Shown one piece after another: positions 50,513-60,398 of a stretch of 64,000 nucleotides of DNA. Made by a program: the position numbers and the translations under genes. Numbering within the stretch: the stretch's first letter is position 1; every line of letters begins with the position of its first letter. The notes beneath the pieces were generated by a model. It saw nothing but the letters and a program-made list of their open reading frames with translations, did no database searches and was not told the origin of the DNA. The DNA is taken from assembly GCA_963737065.1 (NCBI GenBank), contig CAVTRC010000002.1, positions 448,001 to 512,000 of the forward strand, read 5' to 3'. The stretch is from Candidatus Eremiobacteria bacterium. GTDB lineage: Bacteria; Vulcanimicrobiota; Vulcanimicrobiia; Vulcanimicrobiales; Vulcanimicrobiaceae.

Positions 50513-50621
50513 CATGAATTGGATCTGCGTCGCGATTGAGCCGGCCCGCCACGTTGCGCACTATCCGCTGATCCTCGAACTCGCAACGAGTACGACCGTC
50601 GGCTTTGAAGCGCGCGCACGT
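50513..50621 (+). pseudogene. Frameshifted remnant of an EAL-domain N-terminus
   Basis: HELDLRR/frameshift/IEPARHVAHYPLILELATSTTVGFEARAR resembles DLRRAIE...HYQPIV.L.TG...GFEAL.R. Confidence 0.45.
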
Positions 50622-50801
50622 GACGTATTCTGCGTCGAAGCTGTTCGTCGATCACTTCGACACGGATGGACGCGCGCGTGTAATCGTACACAGGATCGTT
50701 GTGCGTATGCACGCTAGCGCGCATCTTGCCACTGTAACGGACGCTTTCGCCCTGCCGCTCGGAGAGGTGAAAGCGCCGAGCGACGGAAACGCAAACGCGA
50801 T

Positions 50802-51518
50802 ATGTTGCGCCGTTGGGCTGTCGGTCTGCTCGTTGTCGGTTCTGCCGCATGCTCGAGTCGCACACCGTATTCGACTCATGTCGGCTTGCTCGAGCCGGGT
50901 TCAACGTTGACCGTCGTCGTTGCCAATGCAAACGTCGACGTCTACAAGCCCGCGCAAGGCCAAGCATCGGATCAGTACACCGTATCGGCCACCGCACTGG
51001 ACCGAGCGAATCCTCCGCCACCCGCGATCGTGCACGCGCGAAACGGCGTCGTGATTCGCGCCACGGATCCGCTCGACGAGATCCTCGTACGTCTTCCGGA
51101 CGAGGTCAATCTCGTTGTTCGATCGGCGCGAGGCAGCGTAAACGTCACCGAAGTGAACGGCGCAATCGACGTCCACGGCGGCCAAGGCAACGTGCGGATC
51201 ACGGTCCCCGGCGTTGCGCAGGCGCAAACGACCAATGGAAACATCGATGCAACGATCGGCGCAATCGAATGGCGCGGCACACTGAAGTTCGTTGCCGGTA
51301 CCGGAGACGTGAACGTGTACATTCCCGAGACGGCGAAATTCCACGCGCGGCTGCATACGGACAACGGAACGATCGTTACGGACTTCGGCCTCCGCGGGAC
51401 GTCGGCCGGCGATAATCAAACGATCGATGCGCCCGTCAACGGCGGCGGCAGCTCCGGCGTCGATGTCGAATCGCATTTCGGAACGGTTCGCCTCCTTCGT
51501 TCGGCGCCGCAAGCATAG
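50802..51518 (+). CDS. Lipoprotein with DUF4097/adhesin-type beta repeats
   Basis: Lipobox-like SAAC; repeats such as TTNGNI, TDNGTI, SHFGTV. Confidence 0.75.
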   Translation: MLRRWAVGLLVVGSAACSSRTPYSTHVGLLEPGSTLTVVVANANVDVYKPAQGQASDQYTVSATALDRANPPPPAIVHARNGVVIRATDPLDEILVRLPDEVNLVVRSARGSVNVTEVNGAIDVHGGQGNVRITVPGVAQAQTTNGNIDATIGAIEWRGTLKFVAGTGDVNVYIPETAKFHARLHTDNGTIVTDFGLRGTSAGDNQTIDAPVNGGGSSGVDVESHFGTVRLLRSAPQA

Positions 51519-51526
51519 TCGCGCGT

Positions 51527-52948
51527 CTATTCGTTGAGAATCGCTCCGGGATTCATGATACCCGACGGGTCGAGCGCGCGCTTGAGCGTCCGCATCAAAT
51601 CCATCTCGACGATGCTTCGATGCGCGAGCAGTTCGTCTCGACGATACCGTCCGATGCCGTGCTCTGCGGTGATGCTTCCGCGGAAATCCGCGATGAGCTC
51701 GTAGACATCGGCGCCGATTGCGTCGGCGTCGGAAAGACTCGTGCCGGAGAGCAGCACGTTGAAATGAATGTTGCCGTCGCCGAGGTGGCCGAACGCGAGC
51801 ACCGACGCCCCGGGATAATCGCGTTCGATCTTCTCGGTTGCGCGCGCGATGAAGTGCGCGATCGACGAGAGCGGTACGGAAACGTCGTGCTTGACGCTTC
51901 GTCCACGACGCTTCTCGGTTTCCGTGATCGTTTCGCGCCACTCCCATAATGCGCGAGCTTGAGTGGTCGTTTCCGCAATAACGATCGCACCTGCGAAGCC
52001 GCGCTCGTCGATCACGATGAACGCGTCTTCCGCAGCCGCGCGCAGCGTCGAAAGCGATGAACTCGCTTCAACGAGCAAATACCACGCATGTTGTTTCATC
52101 GGACGCCGAAGCGACGGTTCGTGCGTGAGGCGAAGCGCAAGCGCGCGATCGGGAATGAGTTCACATGCGCTCAACGTCTCGCCGAGCATGCCCTGCAGCG
52201 TCGAAAACACGCGCAGCGCGCTCTCGCATGAGTCGACTCCAACGAGCGCCGTAACGCGTTGCCGCGGAAGCGGAAAAAGACGTAGCACGGCTCGCGTAAC
52301 GATTCCGAGCGTACCTTCCGCGCCGACGAAGAGCTGCTTCCAATCGTATCCGGCGTTGTCTTTGTAGAGCGCGCGCAATCCGTCGACGATCCGTCCGTCG
52401 GGAAGTACCGCTTCCAAGCCCAAGATAAGTGAGCGCATCGTTCCGTAGCGAAGTACGGCCGTTCCACCGGCGTTCGTAGAAATCAACCCGCCGATTTGTG
52501 CGCTTCCCTCCGCCGCGAGAGACAATGGAAAGAGACGCTGCGCGCGCATTGCCGCGTGCTGCAGATCGGCGAGCACACATCCCGCTTCCACAGTCGCCGC
52601 ATACGCCTGCGCATCGATGGAGAGAATACGTCGCATGCGGGACATGCTCACGACGACGGCATCGCGCACATCGAGCGGCGTTGCCGCAGCCGCGAGTCCC
52701 GTGTTCCCGCCTTGCGGCACGATCGGCACGCGCGCGCCCGAACAGACCCGTACGATTTCGCTCACTTGTTCCGTCGATGCAGGGCGGACGACCGCGCTTG
52801 CGCGCCCGACGTACCTGCCGCGCCAGTCGGTAACGTATGGCTCGATCGACGCCGGATCGGTCAGAACCGCAGCTTCGCCGCATGCATCGCGCAATGCGTC
52901 GAGCAGCTGCGCCGGGGTTAAACGAGCACTCGTGTCATGAGCCGCCAC
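51527..52948 (-). CDS. FAD-binding oxidoreductase (D-2-hydroxyacid dehydrogenase, GlcD-like)
   Basis: PQGGNTG, GGLISTNAGG, GAEGTLG, GHLGDGNIH, AEHGIG, MNPG. Confidence 0.92.
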   Translation of the reverse strand: MAAHDTSARLTPAQLLDALRDACGEAAVLTDPASIEPYVTDWRGRYVGRASAVVRPASTEQVSEIVRVCSGARVPIVPQGGNTGLAAAATPLDVRDAVVVSMSRMRRILSIDAQAYAATVEAGCVLADLQHAAMRAQRLFPLSLAAEGSAQIGGLISTNAGGTAVLRYGTMRSLILGLEAVLPDGRIVDGLRALYKDNAGYDWKQLFVGAEGTLGIVTRAVLRLFPLPRQRVTALVGVDSCESALRVFSTLQGMLGETLSACELIPDRALALRLTHEPSLRRPMKQHAWYLLVEASSSLSTLRAAAEDAFIVIDERGFAGAIVIAETTTQARALWEWRETITETEKRRGRSVKHDVSVPLSSIAHFIARATEKIERDYPGASVLAFGHLGDGNIHFNVLLSGTSLSDADAIGADVYELIADFRGSITAEHGIGRYRRDELLAHRSIVEMDLMRTLKRALDPSGIMNPGAILNE

Positions 52949-52955
52949 TTCGTCC

Positions 52956-53512
52956 CTAGGCTAGGGCGAGACGCTGGGTCATGTCGAGTTCATATCGGCC
53001 GTACGGGTTCACGTGCTCCCAAATCAGCGGCGTAAGGGCGCGGTGGTCGATCGGTGTAAGCCGGCGTTTCCAATTGGGTCTGCCCAGTATCTGCTGCAAC
53101 ATCAGGATGTGGATGAGACGAGACAATTCTGCAGCAGGTGGAGCGAGAGCATGGTGATTTCGTGGTCTTCGTGTCGATTACTGGCGAGCTCGCCGCGCTT
53201 CGCAAAAAAGACGAAGTCGTTCGCCCCGTTCCATTGCTCGATGACGTTGACGCCCTCATGGATTTCGCGCCTGAGGGGTTCGGAATGCAGACACCGACAC
53301 AGAAAGACGGTGTTGAACGCCTTACCGAGCTCCGCCAGCGCCTTGCAGGTGGGATGCTGAATCTTTGTACGCGTAAAGCGTCGCAAGATCGATTCGGTCT
53401 GCGCGGTTCCCAGTGGCAATGCTGTCGCGTACTTCACCATCCGATCGTAACTGGCGCCGAATCAACTTCCAAGCAATGCTTCGGGCGAGTACCGGTTCCA
53501 ACCGTTCGTAAC
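52956..53512 (-). pseudogene. Tn3-family transposase C-terminal remnant with two frameshifts
   Basis: [20 protein letters not shown] / [11 protein letters not shown]...[13 protein letters not shown]...LHLLQN / ...RALTPLIWEHVNPYGRYELDM. Confidence 0.88.
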
Positions 53513-53639
53513 CCCGGCAGATTCGCGCATTGTCGTTGCTTCAGCCGTGGCCTTTCTCATGGCGTTTGGTGAAAAGGGCAGCGAATCGAAACATGATTCG
53601 GCCCGCTGCCGACGGTTCGTTAGTCGCTTCGGGCGGTTT

Positions 53640-54998
53640 TCAGCCGCCCATGGCCGCCCGCAGCTGGACCTGCGTCCAGGCCGGATGCTGCACCAGCACC
53701 CCGTGCCCGGCCGGGCCGGGGTAGGTGATCATGCTCGCCCGGTCCATGCCCATGCTGGCTTGCAGTCCGGTGATCATCGCCCGGCCATACGTCCACTGGT
53801 CGAACAGGTCTTCGTAACCGTTGAGCAGTGTCACGTGACCGCTGATGGCGAAGTCCGCGCAATTGCTCGCCACCGGCGCGTTGATCGCGGAGGTATCCGT
53901 TCGGCAGATCCCGCCGTTGGTGATACTCATCTGCAGCGGACCGTACGCGGTGCAGCCGCTGGACGTGAAACCGCGCGCAGGCGTGGAGCAGTAGGCCACG
54001 CCGAAGTCGTTGGCTTCTTGCCGCTCCGCCAGAAACACCGCATCGCCGATGCCGCCGGTGATGCTCCAGGGTGGGGTTTTAATATCGATGACGCTGGCGG
54101 CGACGTACTGATCGCAGTTGTTCTCGATCGCGCAGTGCAGCGTGACGCTCAGCGCGACCGAATCGGTGATCGTCGCGGTGCAGCCGCTGTTGGTTCCGTT
54201 GTTGGCTGCGGTCTGTCCGTCGTACGGAAAGATCAGCTTGGTCAAATCGCCGTCGAGCTCGTTTTTCAGCGAACCGCTCGCCGTCAGCAGCGCGGTGAAC
54301 ATCGTTGCTTCGCACGCCGCCGGGTTATGGTTGGGTTCGCCTTGCAGGCTGCCGCCGGGGCCCGCCGCGACGAGCAGAATGTTGTGGATCGTGCGCGCTG
54401 GATCGGACGTGGGCGAAAGAAACGCGTATTTCATCGCCATCGTCGTTCCGAGCGACCACCCCAGCGGATCGATGACGCTCGTGTCCAGCCCGGCCTTGCC
54501 CGCAATTGTGTTGAGCATGTTGTCCACGTCGCTTGCGACGTGATCTTTGGTGAGGTTGGCAACGGCGGGCGTCATGCCGACGCCGGGATAATCGAAGAGC
54601 AGCAGATGGTAGTCGTGACAGAGCGAGACCGGCGCGTCTTCAAGCGGATTGTACTCCAAGTCGAACTTGATCTTCGGGCTGTAGGTGCTGTTGGTAATCA
54701 TCTCGATCGGCCAGCCCGGAATGATCTGACCCGTGCCCGGAAACATCACGATCAGGTCGTTGCTCTTGGCCCCGTCACCGATGACGACGTATTCCATCTC
54801 ATCGCCGGTTGCGGGATTGGTGACGGTCTGCAGTTTGGTGCGCAAATCGCGCAGCTCGCCGATCTGGCTGCACGGCACGGATTTCGCCGTTAGCGGCGCG
54901 GGCGGTGCGCCGCCGCCGCCCGACGAGCCGCTGCCGCACGCAGCGAGAAATGCGAATAGAGGAACGACGATAAAGCGCTCGATCTTCACGATGCGCAA
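53640..54998 (-). CDS. Cys-rich lipoprotein with alpha/beta-hydrolase motifs
   Basis: Lipobox LAAC, FDYPGVG, GWSLG, C-terminal ED and GHG. Confidence 0.75.
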   Translation of the reverse strand: MRIVKIERFIVVPLFAFLAACGSGSSGGGGAPPAPLTAKSVPCSQIGELRDLRTKLQTVTNPATGDEMEYVVIGDGAKSNDLIVMFPGTGQIIPGWPIEMITNSTYSPKIKFDLEYNPLEDAPVSLCHDYHLLLFDYPGVGMTPAVANLTKDHVASDVDNMLNTIAGKAGLDTSVIDPLGWSLGTTMAMKYAFLSPTSDPARTIHNILLVAAGPGGSLQGEPNHNPAACEATMFTALLTASGSLKNELDGDLTKLIFPYDGQTAANNGTNSGCTATITDSVALSVTLHCAIENNCDQYVAASVIDIKTPPWSITGGIGDAVFLAERQEANDFGVAYCSTPARGFTSSGCTAYGPLQMSITNGGICRTDTSAINAPVASNCADFAISGHVTLLNGYEDLFDQWTYGRAMITGLQASMGMDRASMITYPGPAGHGVLVQHPAWTQVQLRAAMGG

Positions 54999-55355
54999 TT
55001 CTCCCAGCGCCGGTCCAAACCCGCTCGCGGTACAACCAACCCAATTCGGACGATAATAGAAACAGATGAACGGGTTCAGCGGGTATCGCGCGGGCGCGCA
55101 ATTCGCTCTCCAGTGGTCGCTCGGCGCGTTCGAGAAATTCGATGAACGCGGTGACGGAGGTCTGGCGGCAGAATCGGCGGGTCGAGAAGGGCAAGTTCCG
55201 AGCCTGCGGGGCGTCTCGAATGCGAAAAGTGCTATTTATTCCGTTTCGTGAAATGACGCCAAGTAATTCGGCGCGCCGGTATCAATAGAACGTCAGAATG
55301 TCGTTAAAAGGCGCCAGCAGTCAACAAAAGCAAGGTCGCCTTCGGCAGTGCCGGC

Positions 55356-56297
55356 TCATGACGCGAGTGCTCGTTTTACCCCGAGAAGCTGCTCTTTCGC
55401 CTTGATCAGCCTTACCATCGCGTCATTGTACGGTGTCGGCGTACCCGTACGCCGCCCGAACGCAACGATTGCGCCGTTGATGTGATCGATCTCGCTCGGA
55501 TGGCCCGACTCCAGATCGAACGCCATTGAACTTTTGGAATCGGCACCGAGTTCGATCACTTGCGTAACGTATTGCCACGGGTTTACGAATGGCAGGTTGA
55601 TCTTCAGTGCCGCCGCGACGGCCGCAGCTTCTTCTGCAAGCGATTCGGAAAGATGCGCAGCGTTGGGATCTTTGAGGATCTCGCCGCTCTCGCAGTCGAG
55701 CATCGCTGAAACGGCGTTGATGGCCGCGTTCGCAACGAGTTTGCCCCATAGATGCGGACGGATGTCATACGCCACGGACGCGCGTAAGCCGGAACGCGTC
55801 AGGAGATCGGCGACCATACGCGCCGTCGCGGGCGCAGCCGACGCCGAACCAATGATGGTATTGCCTTGTTCGGAACTGCGCACGCGGCCGGCGTCCGTCG
55901 TGAACGACGATTCGGTCGTGATTCCGAGCACGACGGGAACCGCTCCGCCGAGCGCGGTCTTGATGGCGTCTTCATTGCCGACGCCGTTTTGCAATGAGAC
56001 GATGGGTGTCGCGGGATTGAGTTCCCCCGCGAAAGGCCGGAGTGCGCGCAGCGTGTCGACGGCCTTTACGAACAAGAACAGGATACCGGAGCCGAACAGT
56101 TCGCGCGCCGACGACGCAATCTTCACCGAACGCGGCGGCGCGTCGTTGACCGCGAGGCCGTCCCGTGCGATGGCGCGTGCGGTATCGGCGTTGGTCTCTA
56201 AGATCGCAACGTCACTCGTCCCGGTCAAGTGATATCCGAACAGGGTTCCCATCGAACCCGCACCGATAATGCCCACCTTCAGTCTGGCATCGCTCAT
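55356..56297 (-). CDS. panE: 2-dehydropantoate 2-reductase
   Basis: GAGSMG, VKA, LQNG, WGKLVANAAIN, SSMAFD, EIDHING. Confidence 0.92.
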   Translation of the reverse strand: MSDARLKVGIIGAGSMGTLFGYHLTGTSDVAILETNADTARAIARDGLAVNDAPPRSVKIASSARELFGSGILFLFVKAVDTLRALRPFAGELNPATPIVSLQNGVGNEDAIKTALGGAVPVVLGITTESSFTTDAGRVRSSEQGNTIIGSASAAPATARMVADLLTRSGLRASVAYDIRPHLWGKLVANAAINAVSAMLDCESGEILKDPNAAHLSESLAEEAAAVAAALKINLPFVNPWQYVTQVIELGADSKSSMAFDLESGHPSEIDHINGAIVAFGRRTGTPTPYNDAMVRLIKAKEQLLGVKRALAS

Positions 56298-56355
56298 TGC
56301 GCGGCGATTCTCTGATCGATTCTCTGCGACCTAGCGCAGTCCGCCGAGTAACGCT

Positions 56356-57975
56356 TTACGGAAACTGCGTTTGAAACCCGTACGTGAACCGGCGCACCGG
56401 CTGGTTCACTGCGCGCTCGCCGACGAAGAGTTGCAGATTTTTTGTGATGTTGAAGTTCCCGTAGACGTCGAGTTGCGGCCACTGCGGATTGAACACCCGC
56501 GCCTCCAATCCGAAGAGCCGCGCGTTGTATTGTCCGAGGAAGCCGACCTGCGAGTACAGCACGCCCGCCCCAACGCGCACCTTCGGCGAGAGTGAGTCCA
56601 ATAGGACCGCGTTCGCCGTGGTTCCGTGTCCGATGTTATTTGCACCGACCATGAAGCCGGTCTTCGTACGAGGAAGCAAGATCAAATTGAGGTCGGATTG
56701 GGGTCCTCGATTCGACGTGAACAGCGCGTTCGGGCAGCAGACCGTCTGCGAATTCAATTCGCTCATGCGGAATTGAATTGCGACCAGATGCTTCGCGATC
56801 TCGGTCAACCGGCTCTTCAGCTGCATCTCTTGCGGCGTGGGACCGCCGCTCGAATTCATCGGATACGGCGTTGCGCCGGCCGCGGGTGCCGGCGTCGTGT
56901 AGGGACCGCTGGCCGGCAGCGTGAGCGCGTGTGTCGTGCCCGTCGGAACGGGATACGGCGTTGCGCCTTGGTCGATGCCGTACACGCTACTCTTCCCACC
57001 GAGTTCGCCGAGCAGCGAATTCGCGCGCTGCATCGTCGCATCGAGGTTTGCCACCGTGTTCTTCATCTGCGCTTGCGTCTGCGGATCACCGGTGACGTTC
57101 TGCAAATCGCGCGTGAGGTCAGAGATATTTTGCGTCGTGTCCTTGATATTCTGAACCGTCGCGAGCAGGTTGCCCTTGAGCTGCGGATTCGTCGCGAGCG
57201 ATTCGAGCTGCGTCATCGAGACGTTGAGCGCACGGGACGTCGCATCGAACTGCACGAGCATATCGTTAATGCGACGTGAATTGAGCTTTGCGGTATCATT
57301 GAGCGTGCCGGTCAGCGAGACAATGTTCGCGCTCGCTTGAGTCAAGCTCGACTGGAGCTGCGCCGTCATCGTGGTCACCGAGCTCTTCATCGTCAGCGTG
57401 AGGTCGTTCGCATTTACCATCGCTTGCTGCAACGTATCGAGTAGCTTGGGCTCGCGTTTCTCGAGATCGGCCATCATGGTATCGAGTCGTTTGATTTCGC
57501 CTTGCCCTTGTTCGAGCAGATCCGCAATGGTCGCCGTGTTCGTTCCTTGCGGCTGCTGATCGACCGGCAGTACCCTGCGTTCGAGCAGCGCGACGGCGGG
57601 GGGTGCCGGGGTGGGACCAGTGATACCCGAGGGCCGTGGGCGCGGTACCGGCGGAACGATCAACAAATTGGGATCGCCGGTCAGCGGCGCTTGAATCAAA
57701 AAACGCGACGCGCTCGGGATGTCGACGTCGCGGTTGATCGCGAGGATAACGTCGACGGTATTATCCGGCAAGAGCGTGATGGAGTCGACTGTACCGACCG
57801 TCACGCCGCTGAAATAGACGAGCGCCCCTGAGTGTAACCCCGCCGCCGATTCGAAGTGAACGCCTATGCGATACCCGGTATGTCGCGTTCCGAAATCGGT
57901 GATGACGTAAAACACTCCGAAAAGGAGCAGTAACGCCAAAATCGCAAACGCCCCGACTTGAGCCTGCTTCGTCAT
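56356..57975 (-). CDS. MCE/MlaD protein with long helical region and beta-rich C-terminus
   Basis: N-terminal TM, AAGLHSGALVYFSGVTVGTV; ends YGFQTQFP. Confidence 0.88.
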   Translation of the reverse strand: MTKQAQVGAFAILALLLLFGVFYVITDFGTRHTGYRIGVHFESAAGLHSGALVYFSGVTVGTVDSITLLPDNTVDVILAINRDVDIPSASRFLIQAPLTGDPNLLIVPPVPRPRPSGITGPTPAPPAVALLERRVLPVDQQPQGTNTATIADLLEQGQGEIKRLDTMMADLEKREPKLLDTLQQAMVNANDLTLTMKSSVTTMTAQLQSSLTQASANIVSLTGTLNDTAKLNSRRINDMLVQFDATSRALNVSMTQLESLATNPQLKGNLLATVQNIKDTTQNISDLTRDLQNVTGDPQTQAQMKNTVANLDATMQRANSLLGELGGKSSVYGIDQGATPYPVPTGTTHALTLPASGPYTTPAPAAGATPYPMNSSGGPTPQEMQLKSRLTEIAKHLVAIQFRMSELNSQTVCCPNALFTSNRGPQSDLNLILLPRTKTGFMVGANNIGHGTTANAVLLDSLSPKVRVGAGVLYSQVGFLGQYNARLFGLEARVFNPQWPQLDVYGNFNITKNLQLFVGERAVNQPVRRFTYGFQTQFP

Positions 57976-58081
57976 TGTCGCCCTACTTACGCTGCGCACT
58001 TCCAGTTGCCTGGCGCTCGCGCTGTGGCGCCCTTCGTACGCGCTTCGGGAACTTAACCCGCTGCGGCCCGCCCCCCTCGCC

Positions 58082-58541
58082 GCAACCGAATTGCGCAGTG
58101 CCCGTCAAAACGCACGGAATCCCACTTGAACGAAGTTGTATTGGGGGACCCACGCGCTGTGCGTCGTGGGGCGGCGCGCAGCAACGCAGTTGCGGAGTGC
58201 CGGTTAAAACGTACGGAGATCCCACTTGAACGAAGTTCTCATTGGGGGACAAACGCGCTGTGCGTCGTGGGGGGCGCGCAGCAACGCAGTTGCGGAGTGC
58301 CGGTTAAAACGTACGGGGACCCATTTGAACGAAGTTGTAATTCGGGGGACCCCACGCGCTGTGCGTGTGGGGGGCGCGCAGCAACGCAGTTGCGCAGTGC
58401 CGGTTAAAACGCAGGGGACCCATTTGAACGAAGTTGTATTGGGGGACCCCACGCGCTGTGCGTGTGGGGGGCGCGCAGCAACGGAGTTGCGGAGTGCCGG
58501 TTAAACAACAAGGGGACCCATTTGAACGAAGTTCAAATGGG
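58082..58541. repeat. About 4.5 copies of a 98-100-bp structured tandem repeat in the mlaF-mlaD gap
   Basis: TTGAACGAAGTT recurs at 58126, 58226, 58325, 58424, 58522; the whole unit is near-identical and has internal palindromes. Confidence 0.93.
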
Positions 58542-59288
58542 GATAGGTCCAACTTCCGAGCCTTGAATGAACTGCTGGACGATTGGATTCGGTGAGCGTT
58601 TGATTTCGTCGACGGTGCCGTAGGCGATGATCGCGCCTTCGAAGAGCATCGCGACGTAGTCAGCCATCATGTAGATCGATTGTAGATCGTGCGAAATGAC
58701 GACCGCCGTGCCATTGAGCTTCTGGCGTAGCCGGACGACCGTGTCGGTGATCAAATGCGTGACGATGGGATCGAGCCCGGTCGTCGGCTCGTCGTAGAGA
58801 ATCAATTCCGGCTTGGTTACGATCGCGCGCGCGAACCCGGCGCGTTTGAGCATGCCGCCGGAGAGCTCGCTCGGCATGCTCTCGTACGTATGCGCGAGCC
58901 CTACTGAGTCGAGCGCGTCGACCACGATCTTGTAAATCGCACTATCCGCGAGGCGGGTGTGTTCGCGCAACGGCAGTGCAACGTTGTCGCCGACCGTCAA
59001 ACTATCGAGAAGCGCTGCGAATTGGAACGACAAGCTGATCGTCCGACGCACTTCGTTGAGCTGCGTTTCGGAAATGTGACAGATGTCGACGTCGCGCACA
59101 TAGACGTGGCCCGCGTCGGGTTTTCGCAGGCCATCGAGCAGGCGCAAAATCGTCGATTTTCCCGCGCCCGAGAGACCGATGATACACGTGATTGCGCCTT
59201 CGACGACGTCGAGGCTGCAATTCTTGAGGATAACGCGATCGCCGTAGTAGAGCGACACATCGTCGAGCTTCGCCAGAACGTCGGGCAC
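58533..59288 (-). CDS. mlaF: MlaF-type ABC ATPase
   Basis: GLSGAGKS, LSGGM, YDEPTTGLDPI, SHD, NPIVQQFI. Confidence 0.9.
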   Translation of the reverse strand: MPDVLAKLDDVSLYYGDRVILKNCSLDVVEGAITCIIGLSGAGKSTILRLLDGLRKPDAGHVYVRDVDICHISETQLNEVRRTISLSFQFAALLDSLTVGDNVALPLREHTRLADSAIYKIVVDALDSVGLAHTYESMPSELSGGMLKRAGFARAIVTKPELILYDEPTTGLDPIVTHLITDTVVRLRQKLNGTAVVISHDLQSIYMMADYVAMLFEGAIIAYGTVDEIKRSPNPIVQQFIQGSEVGPIPI

Positions 59289-59289
59289 G

Positions 59290-60066
59290 TCAATGGGCTC
59301 CGAACAAGGCGAACGACAGAATGAAGTTCGAAACGAAAATCATGATGATCGAGAGCACGACCGCGCCGGTTGTCGAGGCGCCCACACCGGCAGCACCGCC
59401 GCGCGTGCGCAAGCCTTGATACGCGCCGATGAGTACGATGATCGCAGCAAAGACGACTGACTTCACCAGCCCCTTCAATACGTCTTCGAATCCGACCGCT
59501 TGGCGAGCCGATGCGAGAAACGTGTCGGTGGAGATATGCGCGTAGGTCTGCGCGATCCACATACCGCCGGCGATGGAGACCACGTCGCCGAACACCGTAA
59601 GCAACGGCAGCATCACCAGGAGCGCGAGGAGCCGCGGAACGACGAGAAACCGCGGAACTTCCAAGCCCATCGAAGTGAGTGCCTCGATCTGCTCGGTGAC
59701 CACCATCGATCCGATCTCCGCAGCGATCGCCGCGCCGACGCGCCCCGCTACGACGACCGCAGTGAGCATCGGTCCCAATTCGCGAACCGATGCAAAGGCG
59801 ACCGCGCCGCCGACGAGACTGCCGACGCCGAACTGCACGGCTTGGACCGCGGACTCGAGTGAGATGACCATGCCCGTGAAGAGCGAGGTGAGAATAACGA
59901 TCGAAATCGATTGCACGCCGAGGAAATAGCACTGGCTGATCGTTTCGATGAACCTGATGCGCAGACGCACCATGAAACTCGTCGAGTCGCCGGCCAACAT
60001 GACGATGCCACCGGCATACTCGAAGAAGTCTACCGTTGCGCGTCCGAAGCGATCGAGAGCTTTCAC
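59290..60066 (-). CDS. mlaE: MlaE-type ABC permease
   Basis: RELGPMLTA, AGRVGAAIAAEIGSMVVTEQIEAL, GGAAGVG. Confidence 0.93.
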   Translation of the reverse strand: MKALDRFGRATVDFFEYAGGIVMLAGDSTSFMVRLRIRFIETISQCYFLGVQSISIVILTSLFTGMVISLESAVQAVQFGVGSLVGGAVAFASVRELGPMLTAVVVAGRVGAAIAAEIGSMVVTEQIEALTSMGLEVPRFLVVPRLLALLVMLPLLTVFGDVVSIAGGMWIAQTYAHISTDTFLASARQAVGFEDVLKGLVKSVVFAAIIVLIGAYQGLRTRGGAAGVGASTTGAVVLSIIMIFVSNFILSFALFGAH

Positions 60067-60398
60067 GCGTTTTGTTCCAGATCTGAGAGCTGCGCGAGCA
60101 CGCTTTGCGTCGCTTCAATGCGCTTGACGGCAACGCCGCGTTCGGCCATGAGGTTGAAGACCACTTGATTGGCATGTTCCAAACGGCGGTCGATGTCGCG
60201 CAAATGCCCGCGCGCCTCTCGCTCGAACGGTGCGAAGTACCGGCGCACGGCATCGAGATACGCCGCGCGAGCCTGTTCGTCGATCGTTCCAGCCCGCATG
60301 GCCTCCTCTGCTTTGGTTTGCGCGTTCTTCATCGCGCGGTCGGTGAGATGAAATACACCGACGCGCGCGACGAGCGCAGTAAACACGTCGTCAGACAT
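60063..60398 (-). CDS. Small helical hypothetical protein
   Basis: Overlaps the rph stop and mlaE start; coiled-coil-like. Confidence 0.65.
   Translation of the reverse strand: MSDDVFTALVARVGVFHLTDRAMKNAQTKAEEAMRAGTIDEQARAAYLDAVRRYFAPFEREARGHLRDIDRRLEHANQVVFNLMAERGVAVKRIEATQSVLAQLSDLEQNA

Noticed and set aside
53547..54893. 448-aa plus-strand ORF, and similar long ORFs at 35368-36678, 30524-31636 and 4384-5565
   Set aside because: Antisense shadows of well-supported genes, common in GC-rich DNA.
55150..55320. Tn3 terminal inverted repeat or res site
   Set aside because: Only a vague resemblance, with no matching partner repeat found.
44165..55350. Genomic island integrated at tRNA-Gln
   Set aside because: I saw no duplicated tRNA 3' end, and the recombinase is Xer-like and 5 kb away.
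58082..58541. CRISPR array
   Set aside because: The whole unit repeats, there are no unique spacers, and no cas genes are in the window.
57983..58552. Short ORFs over the tandem repeat
   Set aside because: They are repeat translations, and unit lengths vary by non-multiples of 3.
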